Below, one piece after another: positions 62,417 through 64,000 of a stretch of DNA of 64,000 nucleotides (position 1 is the first letter of the stretch; the number at the start of each line of letters is the position of its first letter). This DNA is from Desulfobacterales bacterium (GTDB lineage Bacteria > Desulfobacterota > Desulfobacteria > Desulfobacterales > UBA2174). Location: the NCBI GenBank assembly GCA_963668645.2, contig CAXXWC010000021.1, forward strand, positions 1,024,001-1,088,000, given 5' to 3'. The notes beneath the pieces were generated by a model. It ran no database searches. It was not told the origin of the DNA and was given only the letters and a program-made list of their open reading frames with translations. The position numbers and the translations under genes are program-made.

Positions 62417-63447
62417 GGCGCAAGCAGGGCCCGCAATGCGGCGCCATCCAGGTCCACGTCGAGAAAGAGCCGGCAAAATCGGAGGGTCTCGGCCTCGATA
62501 TCGATGGGGTAAAGGGCCGGATAGAGCCGATGCATCATCCAGTGCAGCCCGAGCAGGCGCATGAACGAGGGCGGCCGGTCGAACCAGTTAAACGGTTCGA
62601 CCGGAATCCGGTACACCCGGCCGTCACGCACCGCACGGATGTTGCGCCACCTGGCATCGCCGGCCAGCCGGTCGAGGAAAAGCGCGTTGTGGGAGACGAT
62701 GACCTGCGGATCGTAGGCCAGGACCTGCTCCATGGAAACCTTCTGCCTGCCGCTGCGTACCCGTTGGATGCAACGATGGACGTTGCGGCCGCCGCTCAGG
62801 GGGATCAACTGGGCGTGCACCGAGTCGTTGCACTCGGTGCTCAACCCGTCGCCGTCTTCGGCGTAGTAGACCGCTGTGCGTTCATCGTCCGCAATGGCGG
62901 TTCGCACCCGGGCCGCAGCATCGAGGGTCTGGGCCGCGTAACGGCCGAGGGTCGCGGCCCGCTCCGGGCGATCGAGCAGCCGGCCGAGGAAAGCGAAGGC
63001 CTCGGCATAGCCCTCCAGGTCATCGAGCACGATGTAGACGAACGGAATATCCAAAGGCTTCAGAGCCTGCTCGATCTTGTCGCAGGACGCGTCCCCCCGC
63101 CACCACCAGACCAGGATGACGTCCGGGTGCACCGCCATCAGGGTTTCGCGATTGCAGGTGCGGCCCTGGCCGAACCAGCCGCCGATTACCGGCAATGTTT
63201 CCAGGCGTGCAAAGTATCGTTTTTCCGTCGCCGTGAGCGGAACGTTCAGCCCGGCCACCAGACCGGGGTCCATGGCGTAGATCATGTAAGTGGTCGGTGG
63301 AGAAGTACCGTACACCTTGCCGATCGTGGCCGGGACGGTGACCTGCCGCCCGCTCATGTCAATGATCTGGCGCGCCTGGGCCGCTGCGCCCCATGCCATC
63401 AGAAAAACCCACGCCATGACCAGCGGCTTGGTTGCGACTCTGTGCAT
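62413..63447 (-). CDS. Periplasmic iron-chelate/cobalamin-binding protein
   Basis: Signal peptide ending AQA, DMSGRQV, VSMEQVLAYDPQVI, AVRDGRVY and PFNWFDRPPS; GGAGG RBS. Confidence 0.9.
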   Translation of the reverse strand: MHRVATKPLVMAWVFLMAWGAAAQARQIIDMSGRQVTVPATIGKVYGTSPPTTYMIYAMDPGLVAGLNVPLTATEKRYFARLETLPVIGGWFGQGRTCNRETLMAVHPDVILVWWWRGDASCDKIEQALKPLDIPFVYIVLDDLEGYAEAFAFLGRLLDRPERAATLGRYAAQTLDAAARVRTAIADDERTAVYYAEDGDGLSTECNDSVHAQLIPLSGGRNVHRCIQRVRSGRQKVSMEQVLAYDPQVIVSHNALFLDRLAGDARWRNIRAVRDGRVYRIPVEPFNWFDRPPSFMRLLGLHWMMHRLYPALYPIDIEAETLRFCRLFLDVDLDGAALRALLAP

Positions 63448-63706
63448 CCGGCCTCCTAATCGCCTTAAACAGCTATGGTGGATCCAGGCATGGAGGCGCC
63501 GGGCGGCAGTACGTGACGGCATAAGCGCCTTGGCCCTCCTGCCAGTGCCGGTGGCGGGCGGGTTTTGCCATGGCATAGCAGGCCTGCGGCTGCCGGGTTA
63601 CCACGGCCAGGGCCGCTGCGATACACTCCAGGCGCTCTTCGAGGCAGCAGGCCAGGATCACGGCCCGGCCGGCGGCGCCGTGAGCAGACGTCGCAGTGCC
63701 CCAGGC

Positions 63707-64000
63707 TCATTTGCGAATTACCATCCACAGGCCTACGTCCTCGTCGTCCACAATGGAAAAAGACGTGATTGCGGCCTTTTCGAGAGATGACAGAAAAAGG
63801 GTGTTCGTCTCCGGGCCCAGGTTGCGGCGCACTTTTTGGGAAAAAGGTTCGCCGGCGGCCCGGCGCGCCGCCATCTGCCGTTCAATGTCCTCGCGCAGTT
63901 GCCGGGATCCGAATCCGCCGCCGATATAGGCCCAGCCCCCCGGGGCCAGCACGCGATAAATCTCGGATAGGGCCCGGGGCAGGTCCGTCCAGAAAAAAAC
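63707..64000 (-). CDS. Class I SAM-dependent methyltransferase, C-terminal part (runs off the window)
   Basis: Open frame from base 64000 reads VFFWTDLPRALSEIYRVLAPGGWAYIGGGFG. Confidence 0.85.
   Translation of the reverse strand, partial: VFFWTDLPRALSEIYRVLAPGGWAYIGGGFGSRQLREDIERQMAARRAAGEPFSQKVRRNLGPETNTLFLSSLEKAAITSFSIVDDEDVGLWMVIRK

Overview
GC-rich window from an anaerobic bacterium; gene content and protein sequences suggest a Desulfobacterota (Desulfobacterales-like) sulfate reducer, which is an inference. It is densely coding, and I see no tRNA, rRNA, CRISPR array, transposase or phage gene. Blocks: (1) a HAD-hydrolase/AIR-synthase-like fusion (5'-truncated), TetR, acyltransferase and a cluster of two-component genes (1-8.6 kb); (2) a minus-strand operon metF2-hdrL-mvhD-metV-metF-REC-aroE-like behind a sigma-54 promoter and divergent from an NtrC-family regulator (8.6-19.3 kb), in which the second MetF and the AroE-like protein have lost conserved catalytic residues; (3) a DapA/HOGA-like aldolase and an AcoR-type activator next to a sigma-54 catabolic operon: E1alpha/E1beta/E2/E3 dehydrogenase, Tat-exported TRAP transporter, nitrilase-family amidase, VOC protein, aldehyde:ferredoxin oxidoreductase and lipoate ligase (19.3-34.8 kb); (4) a triple-FeoA-like protein with a CxxCxxCxxC tail and a complete Mo-nitrogenase cluster nifA, nifH-I1-I2-D-K-E-N-B-fdx-(HEPN-like)-(GNAT)-nifV (34.8-49 kb); (5) a mixed tail with a Gate-domain membrane protein, GT4, tag, DUF3786, DUF2892, an orphan DNA methyltransferase, carB, rmlCD, a FecCD/BtuCD-type ABC importer and a truncated SAM methyltransferase. 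The best candidates for undescribed biology are the catabolic operon, the HdrL-MvhD-MetVF operon with its two degenerate paralogues, the HEPN-like/GNAT pair inside nif, and the triple-FeoA protein. All assignments come from recognising motifs by eye; no database search was run.
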